DNA of 64,000 nt from a virus (Duplodnaviria > Caudoviricetes): IMG/VR virus record IMGVR_UViG_2930337131_000001, positions 32,001 through 96,000 of that record; one strand, written 5' to 3'. Both the position numbers and the translations under genes were made by a program. The notes under the pieces were generated by a model. That model saw only the letters and a list, made by a program, of their open reading frames with translations. It ran no database searches and had not been told where the DNA came from. Every line of letters begins with the position of its first letter. Position 1 is the first letter of the stretch. Positions 17,473-25,581 of the stretch are shown here, in pieces.

Positions 17473-17563
17473 GCCCGGGTCGCGGTACCCGGTCCGCCGA
17501 CTCCCCTGCGGGCGGCCGGTGCCGCGGCCCGAACCATCACCCCGACGCTCAACGGAGGAAACT

Positions 17564-18541
17564 GTGACCGACCTTGGATTGCCGAGCGTGCCCCGTCAGC
17601 AGCACAGGGAGCTGGGCGGAGGCATCGGGTACGCCTTCAACGGACAGCACTTCGACGCTCCGGCAGACGCCAGCGTCGCGGACATCGCGAGCACACTCGA
17701 CGCGCCGCTGTCCGTGATCGTGCAGGTCACCAAGCGCTGTGACTTCGACTGCTCGTTCTGCTCCGAGATCCTGCAGATGCCGGATCCCACCCTCGAGCAG
17801 CTCGACACCATGCGCCGGAACCTGGCAGGAGTCAGCCGGGTGTTCCTGTCCGGCGGTGAGCCCCTGATGCGCAAGGACTTCGGGGAAGTCGTCGACATCT
17901 TCGCCGACCACCACATTGTCGCCGTGCCCACGAACGCCACCCACGCCCTGGACCACGCGCGGAACATCGCCGGGAAGATCTCGTACGCCAACGTCGGGTT
18001 CGAGGGCCCCCGCGCCGCCTTCAAGCGGGTCCGCGGCGACTACGACAAGACGATGGCCGGCGTCCGCGTTCTGCAGGAGCACGGCATCCCCCTCGCCCTG
18101 TCCGCCGTCGTCTACCGCTCCACCCTGTCGGTGCTGCCGTACACCGTGCAGATCGCCGACGTCCTGGACGCCACGAAGGTGAAGCTGATCCTGCCCCTGC
18201 GCAAGGGCAACGCCCTGAACCTCGCCGACCACGAGTTCATCACCACCGAGGAAGCGGAGACCACGTTCGCGCGACTCAAGGAGCAGCGCGCCGAGATGCA
18301 GTGGTCCCCGGCGCTGCGGCTGACGGCCTGGACGCCGCAGAACGAGGGGCACATGCTCGTCGTGGAACCGAACGGCATCGTGAGGGCCTGGCCGGTCTAC
18401 GACGCCCCGGACCTCTGGGAGAACCTCGGCAACATCCTCGAGGAGCCCATCACCGAAATCTGGAAGCGGTACCGCTTCAAGGAGAACCACATCTCCAAGT
18501 ACGTCGGCCGCTCGATCCACGCGGTCACGCAGGGGGTGTGA
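17564..18541 (+). CDS. Radical SAM enzyme with a Cys-less SPASM/Twitch-like C-terminus
   Basis: CDFDCSFC, SGGEP, TNA; C-terminal VVEPNGIVRAWP...LGNILEEPITEIW; GTG 17564 with GGAGG RBS. Confidence 0.9.
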   Translation: MTDLGLPSVPRQQHRELGGGIGYAFNGQHFDAPADASVADIASTLDAPLSVIVQVTKRCDFDCSFCSEILQMPDPTLEQLDTMRRNLAGVSRVFLSGGEPLMRKDFGEVVDIFADHHIVAVPTNATHALDHARNIAGKISYANVGFEGPRAAFKRVRGDYDKTMAGVRVLQEHGIPLALSAVVYRSTLSVLPYTVQIADVLDATKVKLILPLRKGNALNLADHEFITTEEAETTFARLKEQRAEMQWSPALRLTAWTPQNEGHMLVVEPNGIVRAWPVYDAPDLWENLGNILEEPITEIWKRYRFKENHISKYVGRSIHAVTQGV

Positions 18542-18542
18542 C

Positions 18543-19331
18543 GTGCTCGAACGCACCAACCTGGGATGGCCCGAGACGCCATACGGCTCGGTCACCAGCC
18601 CCGTGCAGAAGCCCGGGACATGGTTGACCGGCATCTTCCTGCTCTGGGGCGAGGCCGGCGACGACCCGATCCTCATGGGCGCCGCTGCGGTGTTCATGAA
18701 GATCCACCGCACGCAATCGCTACCCGTCTCCGCTCCGCTCATGAACTTCGGGTACAGGGTGCTGATCCCGCAGGCCCTGGGCGAGACCGCGGCGATCGTC
18801 CGGCAGCTCGACACCGTGCTCGTCCAGGCCCGCCGCAAGTCGCAGATCCTCGCCTGGCACAACGGCGCCGACGACCTGCACGTCCTGCGGCAACTCCCCC
18901 GGGCCGACGACGAGCCGCGCCACCCGGGCGTGACCGCCATCGCCGACGCCTGGAAGGACCGCAGCACCCGCGAACGGGGCACCACGCTGTGCGTGGACAC
19001 CAGCCACGATCTCGGACCGGCCGGACTGATCAGCGACACCGCAACAGCGCACGGGCTCGAGCCGCTCAAGTCGTTCGCCGGCCAGCAGCAACAGGCCAGC
19101 GCGCAGGAGGCGTGCGACGCCCTCACGGAGGACCGGGACGCAGCGTTCTCGCCGGACGCCCTGGCCGGCAGTGCCCTGTCCTCAGCCCTCGCTACGGCAC
19201 TGATGGGAGGTAAGCACACCGGCCGGCTGCACTGGGACGAGCCGCTGAGTCTCTTCCAAGCACTGTCCGAAGCCGCGTGGGAGGCGGCCCCCTCACTTCT
19301 CGGCGGCGTGGCGTCGGTACGGAGCGAGTAG
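18543..19331 (+). CDS. Exonuclease-fold (DEDD-like) protein, probably inactive paralog of the next gene
   Basis: LAWHNGADDLHVLR and VDT motifs; lacks ExoI DxE. Confidence 0.55.
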   Translation: MLERTNLGWPETPYGSVTSPVQKPGTWLTGIFLLWGEAGDDPILMGAAAVFMKIHRTQSLPVSAPLMNFGYRVLIPQALGETAAIVRQLDTVLVQARRKSQILAWHNGADDLHVLRQLPRADDEPRHPGVTAIADAWKDRSTRERGTTLCVDTSHDLGPAGLISDTATAHGLEPLKSFAGQQQQASAQEACDALTEDRDAAFSPDALAGSALSSALATALMGGKHTGRLHWDEPLSLFQALSEAAWEAAPSLLGGVASVRSE

Positions 19332-19392
19332 CGTCCCGGCGGGGCCGTGCGCACCGGGCGTGCGGCCCCGCCCTACCCCAGGAACACCACAC

Positions 19393-20253
19393 ATGATCAT
19401 CACGAGCAACTTGCCCAGCACCCGCTCCCTGCGACCCCCTCCCCTGCACTCGGGAGATGTGCGGATCGCGTCCGTCGACGTTGAGTGGACGAAGAACTAC
19501 CGGATCAAGAACGGGCAACGCCCCTTCTGCTTCAGCGTCGCCTGGCTCGACCTGCCTGCCGACGGGACACCGGACCTGGCGGACGTCCCGTTCGAATGGA
19601 CCAGCCTGTACGTGGATGAGCCCGACGAGATGGATGAGCTCATCCGGCGCGCCGCGCAGACGCTGTCCGCGGCCGCGGAGACCGCCACGATCATCACCGG
19701 GCACCAGTTCTGCAGCGACCTGGCCGTCCTGCGGTCGAACGCTCCCGCGGACGCGCTGCAGGAGCTGGAGCGGGCCCGTGAGCAGTGGAGCGGCCGTCGC
19801 ACGGCCGACCCCACCGCGAGCCACTACGTCGACACCCGGTATGACGCCGGGCACCTGCTCACCGGAGCGTCGCGCCGCCTGGTCGACGTGTGCACGGAGC
19901 TCGGCCTGGACGTCACCCAGCCCGAGCTCAGCAAGACGTCCATGCCCGAGTGGCACCGCCGTTGGCTCAACGACGGCAACGAGGAGGGCCGGGAGCGCGT
20001 GAGCGTCCTCAACCTCCGGCACTCCCTCTCGACCGCCTACGTCGCCGCCCGCAGCGCCGGACTCGCGGTGTGGGCCGCCGACGGCCTGAACGTCAACCGA
20101 GTCATCGCCGAGGGCGCAAAGGGCGCCTGGGCCTGGCTCGAGAACCCCGTCTTCACCAACCTTCTGGAGGTCCCGTGTCCGTCCGCGAGTGCCGCGTTAT
20201 CGCCGTCGAAGGCACCCAGGCCGCAGGCAAAACGACGTTCGTCCACGCCCTGA
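19393..20253 (+). CDS. DEDD/RNase H-like 3'-5' exonuclease-fold protein
   Basis: ASVDVEW (ExoI), ITGHQFCSDLAVL (ExoII), YVDT, RLVDVCTELGL. Confidence 0.6.
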   Translation: MIITSNLPSTRSLRPPPLHSGDVRIASVDVEWTKNYRIKNGQRPFCFSVAWLDLPADGTPDLADVPFEWTSLYVDEPDEMDELIRRAAQTLSAAAETATIITGHQFCSDLAVLRSNAPADALQELERAREQWSGRRTADPTASHYVDTRYDAGHLLTGASRRLVDVCTELGLDVTQPELSKTSMPEWHRRWLNDGNEEGRERVSVLNLRHSLSTAYVAARSAGLAVWAADGLNVNRVIAEGAKGAWAWLENPVFTNLLEVPCPSASAALSPSKAPRPQAKRRSSTP

Positions 20254-20786
20254 CCGCGCACCTTCGAGAGCAGAGCATCGGCGTCACCTGCACCGGCGAG
20301 CCCGCGCGCACCAGCCCGTTCATGGAGGACATCGTCCTTCACGGGACAGGGCCCTTCGACCTGGTCGCGGAGCTCGACCTGTTCGCCCAGCACTTCACCG
20401 TGCCGCTGCGCGCCGCCCGGCACCACCAGGTCCTCATCACCGACAAGACCCCCGCGAACGTCCTGGCCCTGGCCGGTCTGGTCCTCGACCCCACCGAGCC
20501 GGGCACCGCTTCCGTCCTCGCCGCGGCGGAGGCGATGTGTCGGGCCTGGATGCCCATTGCGTACGACGCGATCGTGTACTGCCGGGACCGCTACGACCAG
20601 AAGGCCGGCGGCGACCGCATGAGGGAGAAGGTCCTCGGCCTCCAGGACGACGCGGACACCGCCATCTACGACGCGTGCCGCGCCACGGGCGTGCCGATGC
20701 TCGAGATGCCCACGGGCCTGACCGTGTCTGAGCGTGTCTCGTGGACTATGCAACGCGTTGGAGACATGGGGCTGATCGCTGTCTGA
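20175..20786 (+). CDS. P-loop nucleotide kinase (dTMP kinase/AAA_28-like)
   Basis: IAVEGTQAAGKTT, EPAR, ITDKT; GTG 20175 with GGAGG RBS. Confidence 0.75.
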   Translation: MSVRECRVIAVEGTQAAGKTTFVHALTAHLREQSIGVTCTGEPARTSPFMEDIVLHGTGPFDLVAELDLFAQHFTVPLRAARHHQVLITDKTPANVLALAGLVLDPTEPGTASVLAAAEAMCRAWMPIAYDAIVYCRDRYDQKAGGDRMREKVLGLQDDADTAIYDACRATGVPMLEMPTGLTVSERVSWTMQRVGDMGLIAV

Positions 20787-20841
20787 TCCCGGCTAGAGTC
20801 CCCTACCGGCAAGCGCCCAACCGGTCGGAGGACAACGCACC

Positions 20842-21285
20842 GTGCCCCAACTGCCCGTGAACGACGTAATGCTCATCCTCGAGCGCGACGGGGCCGTGTG
20901 CCTTGCCGAGCGGCAGGGCACCGGCTACGCCGACGGGAAGCTGAACCTGCCGTCCGGGAAGCTCGACCCGGGCGAGGACGTGTTCGACGCCGCGCTCCGC
21001 GAGCTCGAGGAGGAGACCGGCGTCAAGAGCACCCGGGACGCCCTGCGGATCGTGCACGTGATGCACTTCCGCAACCCCGAGGGGGAGCCTCGCGTGGGCT
21101 GGTTCTTCGTCGTCCAGGATTGGGAGGGGGAGCCGCGGAACATGGAGCCGCACAAGTGCGCCGGCCTGTCCTGGCACCCCGCGGACCACCTTCCCGACAA
21201 CACCGTCGAGTACAACGCGCTGGGGATCGCCCACTACCTCAAGGGTGAACAGTTCTCCGTGCACGGGTGGGACAGGTCCGCGTAG
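20842..21285 (+). CDS. NUDIX hydrolase (MutT/NUDT15-like)
   Basis: SGKLDPGEDVFDAALRELEEETG; NMEPHKC. Confidence 0.9.
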   Translation: MPQLPVNDVMLILERDGAVCLAERQGTGYADGKLNLPSGKLDPGEDVFDAALRELEEETGVKSTRDALRIVHVMHFRNPEGEPRVGWFFVVQDWEGEPRNMEPHKCAGLSWHPADHLPDNTVEYNALGIAHYLKGEQFSVHGWDRSA

Positions 21286-21377
21286 AGCCGGGGGTGTAAC
21301 AGATCACGGCCGTTGACGTTCGGGCAGTGAAGGGGGTTGGCCTTTATGTCAACCCCGCAGTGACCCGGAGGAACGGT

Positions 21378-21983
21378 GTGACGACCGCGACAGCTCCCAT
21401 CTCGCCCGAGGCCGGCCGCTCTCATCTGCAGGAGAGCCTGTTCTCCTGGCTCGAGCCCGAGCCCGCCCCGAAGACGCGCGTAGCCAAGCCCACCGGCGAG
21501 CCCGCGCGCTCGCCGGTGGCCGAGGCGTTGATGCTCGAGGAAGCGGCCCCCGCCACCGCGCCGGTGGTCACGGCCGAGACGAAGACGCTCGAGGAGTCCG
21601 CCCAGGAAGAACCCCCGGTCGCCCCGGCCCCGCCTAAGAAGCGGGACCTGTCCCACGTGTGGGTCGTGGCCGCAGAGATCGAGGTCAACCCGAAGATCGC
21701 GAGCGTCGCCGACTACCGCGGCAGCTTCAAGACCACCGAGGGGCAGCGTGTCGACGCGCTCGAGGTGTATTGCAAGGGCTGCCGCCGCCCGTACGACGAG
21801 GTCAAGGGCCGGGACTGCGCCGAGAAGATCGACAACAAGCACCTGATCGGCGGGGACCAGAGCGTCCGCGCGAAGCGGAAGATCCCCGTGCCGCCCGCGA
21901 ACGCGAAGATCATCCCCGGCGGCACGATCAACCGGCGCGGCCTCGGCGCCTACGTCTCTGGAGTGTCCCGCCCCAAGCGCTGA
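21378..21983 (+). CDS. Hypothetical protein with CxxC and basic C-terminus
   Basis: GGAGG RBS; EVYCKGCRR. Confidence 0.7.
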   Translation: MTTATAPISPEAGRSHLQESLFSWLEPEPAPKTRVAKPTGEPARSPVAEALMLEEAAPATAPVVTAETKTLEESAQEEPPVAPAPPKKRDLSHVWVVAAEIEVNPKIASVADYRGSFKTTEGQRVDALEVYCKGCRRPYDEVKGRDCAEKIDNKHLIGGDQSVRAKRKIPVPPANAKIIPGGTINRRGLGAYVSGVSRPKR

Positions 21984-21989
21984 GCAGCA

Positions 21990-22020
21990 CGCGACACTAA
22001 CCGCGGCCGCTGTCCATGGT
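21990..22020 (+). promoter_or_regulatory. Late-promoter motif 1 (leaderless)
   Basis: CGCGACACTAACC-N12-CATGGT-N7-GTG. Confidence 0.7.
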
Positions 22021-22027
22021 GCGCGGC

Positions 22028-22420
22028 GTGACTACTCAGCAACCTCAGCCGTCGATCGTCGATGACCTGACCGACCCGGACATCATCGGCCCTGCGGGTC
22101 CCGACGCGAAGATCGGCCGGGAGGCCTTCGGGCTTCTCCTGCTCTCGTTCGGTGTGCTCGGCGGCCTCGGTGCGCTGGGCGCCCTGCACTGGGTCGCCGG
22201 TCTGTCCGCAGCTCTCATCGGCCTGTGCGCCAGTGGCGTCGTCGTCCGCCGCAACAGCAAGCAGCGATGGCAGCAAGACGCCGGCGCCATGGTCGCCTTC
22301 GCTGCCTACGCGGGGCAGACCGCCCTCCTGTTCTACCTGCTGCAGCCGCTCGGGTGGCTGGCCGTCAGCGCCCTCGGCATAGCCGCCGGCCTGTGGCTGT
22401 CCAGCGATGAGGGGGCCTGA
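22028..22420 (+). CDS. Membrane protein preceding the portal
   Basis: Several hydrophobic segments; TGATG coupling to the portal. Confidence 0.7.
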   Translation: MTTQQPQPSIVDDLTDPDIIGPAGPDAKIGREAFGLLLLSFGVLGGLGALGALHWVAGLSAALIGLCASGVVVRRNSKQRWQQDAGAMVAFAAYAGQTALLFYLLQPLGWLAVSALGIAAGLWLSSDEGA

Positions 22421-24903
22421 TGCCCCGCCAACTCTTCCCCGGGCTCCGCGGCCTCCTTGTCCCACGAGGCGCCGTGGAGCCAGCAGCCGCGCCCGCGCCC
22501 GTCGAGACGAAGGACCTGCTCGCAGGGGGCGTCTACACGTCGATGACGTACGCCGGCGTCACGAACGTGTGGGGCACCCCGGGCCGTGCGGACGGCTGGG
22601 ACCTCGAGCGCGTCATCGTCGAGGGCTACGAGCGTTCCATCTGGACCTTTAAGTCCGTGGAGGCGATCAGCAAGCACGCCTCTACCCTGCCCATCCAGAT
22701 CGGCCGCGGTGGCGACGAGCGTGAATTCGCCGAGGTCCTCAAGGACCATCCGCTGCTGAAGTTGCTCAACCGCAAGGCCAACCCGCTCGAGACCGGCGAT
22801 GTCTTCAAGAAGCGGCTGAGCGCCATGCTGCTGCTGAGCAAGAAGGGCGTGTTCGTCGAGAAGACGAAGAACCGGCGCGGAGTGCTGACCCGGCTCGACC
22901 TGCTGCCCCCGGACCGCGTCAACATCATCCCGGACGTCGAGAACTCCGCCTATGTGAGCCACTTCGAGCTCACGGAGTACAACGGCCGCATCCGCGAACT
23001 GCCGCCGGAAAAGGTCATCTGGATCAGGGACCCGCACCCCACGGACCCGTTCTGCGGCGTGACTCCGCTCGAGGCCGCCGGGCTGTCGGTCGACCTGGAC
23101 GTCAAGGCCCGCACCTACAACATCTCCTTTATCGACAATGACGGCCGCCCTGGCGGCATCGTCGGTATCGACCTGGACGGCGTGGACCAGGCAGAGGTCA
23201 AGCGGATCCAGAAGCGGCTCGAGCCGGGCGCGCACAACGCCGGACAGCTCACCCTCGTGGGCACCGGGCCCGGCGGTGTCACGTACGTCGACACCTCGGC
23301 CCGCCCCCGCGAGATGGCATACGAGACGCTCGCCAGCACCTCGAAAAACGAGATCCTCTCCGCGTTCGGTGTGCCCGAGAGCGTGATCGGCAACGCCAGC
23401 GAGCGGACGTTCGCGAACGCCGACCGGGAGGAGTACACGTTCTGGGCCCACACGGAGCTTCCCCACCTCAACCTGCTCGCCTCGGCGTTCGACCCGGACC
23501 TGTCGGACGACTGGGTGATCCGGTTCGACACCTCCCGCATTCAGGCCCTGGAGTTCCCCCGCCGCCAGGCCCGTGAGGAAGCGCGCAAGGAGTGGGAGTC
23601 GGGCCTCATCACCATCGACGAGTACCGGGTGGCGGCCGGGCGTAAGCCGTTCAACACCCCGCAGTCCCGCGCGCTGTGGATCAGCCCGCAGAAGGCACCC
23701 GTCCCCGCCAACGCCCAGGACGCGGCCGCCCTCGGCCTCTCCGACCCGGGCGGCGCTCCGGGCGCGGGCGGTACCCCCGGAGCAGGCCCGGCCGCCGGAC
23801 CGCCCACAGCCGACGGGGACCAGTCCGCCGCCGCGGCGGTCGCTGGGGCCCGCACCGACGACCCCGGTCCGACCGCGGCCGACGACGTAGCCGCAGCCCG
23901 CGGGCAAGCGCCCTCCGAGCCGGCCGCCGGTTCGGACTCGCCCGCGGCCGACGCCGTGGCGGACGCCCGCGCGGACGTCACCGACGACGGCCCCGGGGAA
24001 GCAGCCGGCGACGTCGCGGCCGCGCGCGCCAGCACGGTGCAGCCCGAGGCCGGACCCGCGGCCGAGGAAGTCGAGCGGGCACGCGCCCAGCTCGAGACCA
24101 AGGCACTCACCGGCGACGACAACGGGTTCGAGGTCACCGACGCCGACTTCGACACCCTCGCCGCGGCCATCAAGGCAGCCCTCACCGCGCTTCTGGCGCG
24201 CCAGGAGGGAGTCATCGTCGCCCGGATCCACGCCCCGAAGATCCGCAAGCACACGCGGTTCTGGGAGCCGGAGAACGAGAACGACACCCGCGGCGGCGAC
24301 GCCAACCTCGACGAGGACCGCGTCGTCAGCGCGGCCCGCTGGGCGGAGGAGACCACCAACACCCTGACCCCGATCCTGCAGCAGGCCGCGGCCGCCACCG
24401 CTCGCAAGCTGAGCAAGGCAGTCACCGGCACCGAAACGGTGCCCCCGGCCGCCGTCGCGCCCGCGCTCGTCACCGCGGCGCACGCCGGTGAAGCGATGAC
24501 CGCGTTCCTCACCGAACTCGCCGTCGTGCTGCACCAGGCCCAGGCCGATCCGAACCTCGACCTCGACACGCTGAAGCACGTGGTCGGCGGCTTCTACAAC
24601 TCGGCCGGCCCCGACCTCGCGGCCCGGGTCGCGGAGACCTGCGCCGTCTCGACCATCAACGGGGCCGCGGACGCCGCAGCAGAGAACGCCGGGCCCGGAG
24701 TCGTCCGGACGTGGATCACTCGCCAGGACGACCGCGTACGGCCCGCGCACCGCGCCCTCCAGGGCAAGACGCTGCCCGTCGGCACGCCGTACGAGATCGA
24801 CGGCGCCCAGCTCCGCTACCCCGGCGACCCGTTCGCTCCGCTCGCCCTGACGATCAACTGCCGTTGCCGTCTCCACTACGCCACAGACGAGGACGTGAAC
24901 TGA
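22420..24903 (+). CDS. HK97-type portal protein fused to a C-terminal MuF (gp7-like) domain
   Basis: HPLLKLLNRKANP, LPPDRV, NDGRPGG, AFGVP, GLITIDEYR; C-terminal RTWITRQDDRVRPAH...YPGDP...INCRC. Confidence 0.9.
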   Translation: MPRQLFPGLRGLLVPRGAVEPAAAPAPVETKDLLAGGVYTSMTYAGVTNVWGTPGRADGWDLERVIVEGYERSIWTFKSVEAISKHASTLPIQIGRGGDEREFAEVLKDHPLLKLLNRKANPLETGDVFKKRLSAMLLLSKKGVFVEKTKNRRGVLTRLDLLPPDRVNIIPDVENSAYVSHFELTEYNGRIRELPPEKVIWIRDPHPTDPFCGVTPLEAAGLSVDLDVKARTYNISFIDNDGRPGGIVGIDLDGVDQAEVKRIQKRLEPGAHNAGQLTLVGTGPGGVTYVDTSARPREMAYETLASTSKNEILSAFGVPESVIGNASERTFANADREEYTFWAHTELPHLNLLASAFDPDLSDDWVIRFDTSRIQALEFPRRQAREEARKEWESGLITIDEYRVAAGRKPFNTPQSRALWISPQKAPVPANAQDAAALGLSDPGGAPGAGGTPGAGPAAGPPTADGDQSAAAAVAGARTDDPGPTAADDVAAARGQAPSEPAAGSDSPAADAVADARADVTDDGPGEAAGDVAAARASTVQPEAGPAAEEVERARAQLETKALTGDDNGFEVTDADFDTLAAAIKAALTALLARQEGVIVARIHAPKIRKHTRFWEPENENDTRGGDANLDEDRVVSAARWAEETTNTLTPILQQAAAATARKLSKAVTGTETVPPAAVAPALVTAAHAGEAMTAFLTELAVVLHQAQADPNLDLDTLKHVVGGFYNSAGPDLAARVAETCAVSTINGAADAAAENAGPGVVRTWITRQDDRVRPAHRALQGKTLPVGTPYEIDGAQLRYPGDPFAPLALTINCRCRLHYATDEDVN

Positions 24904-24904
24904 C

Positions 24905-25258
24905 CTGAACACCTACCCCGCGGCCCTGCTGCGCGTGATCGACGGCGACACCCTCGACGTCGACCTCGACCTCGGCTTCACGATCCGCTCTCGGCAGCGC
25001 CTGCGCCTGCTGGGCCTCAACGCGCCGGAGAAGAACACCCCGGAGGGCAAGACCGCCAAGGCGTGGGTGAGTGACTGGCTCACCGAGCACGGCCCCGACC
25101 TGGTGGTCGAGACCCACGCCCGGGAGAAGTACGGCCGCTGGCTGGCCACGGTCACCGGCCAGGACGGCGCCTGCCTGAACACCGCACTCCTCGAAGCCGG
25201 CCAAGCCGCCCCGTACGACGGCCACGGCCCCCGCCCCCTCCCCGAACCCAAGGAGTAA
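24905..25258 (+). CDS. Thermonuclease (SNase-like)
   Basis: RVIDGDT, RLRLLGLNAPE, EKYGRWLA, LNTALLEAGQA; start uncertain (CTG 24905 vs GTG 24935). Confidence 0.85.
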   Translation: MNTYPAALLRVIDGDTLDVDLDLGFTIRSRQRLRLLGLNAPEKNTPEGKTAKAWVSDWLTEHGPDLVVETHAREKYGRWLATVTGQDGACLNTALLEAGQAAPYDGHGPRPLPEPKE

Positions 25259-25263
25259 CCGCC

Positions 25264-25476
25264 ATGTGGGCAGCCATCTGGATCGCCTGGACCACCGTCT
25301 TCGCCATCGCCGAGGCCATCGCCCTCGCCAACAAGAAGGACGAGGACACCCTCTCGGAGAACGTCCGCCGCCTGTTCCGCACGAGAACCAGCAAGGCGGG
25401 CCGGGCCATATTCGCGGCCGCCTGGTTCGGATTCAGCGGCTGGTTCGCGCTGCACATCCTGACGGAGACGATGTAA
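25264..25476 (+). CDS. Small 2-TM membrane protein
   Basis: AAGGAG RBS; two Trp/Phe-rich helices around DTLSENVR. Confidence 0.7.
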   Translation: MWAAIWIAWTTVFAIAEAIALANKKDEDTLSENVRRLFRTRTSKAGRAIFAAAWFGFSGWFALHILTETM

Positions 25477-25493
25477 CCAGCGGGTGGGGGCCG

Positions 25494-25521
25494 CTTGCCC
25501 AATTGGGCAAGAACGATCTTG
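25494..25521 (+). repeat. 28-bp double-palindrome element, copy 1
   Basis: CTTGCCCAATTGGGCAAG-AACGATCTTG. Confidence 0.85.
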
Positions 25522-25543
25522 GAGTATGGCGCGGCCATCACCA

Positions 25544-25574
25544 CGCGACGCTAACCGCGCGCGATGTGCATGGT
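25544..25574 (+). promoter_or_regulatory. Late-promoter motif 2 (leaderless)
   Basis: CGCGACGCTAACC-N12-CATGGT-N7-ATG. Confidence 0.7.
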
Positions 25575-25581
25575 CCGCGCC

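Noticed and set aside
17342-17563. Extended N-terminus of the radical SAM ORF and ORF 17334-17567
   Set aside because: A strong GGAGG RBS supports GTG 17564; the extension is Pro/Arg-rich and contains a long hairpin
17564-18541. Calling the radical SAM enzyme viperin, PqqE/MoaA or a RiPP maturase
   Set aside because: Lacks the viperin N-x-H before the Cys motif and lacks SPASM cysteines; no precursor peptide or RRE seen
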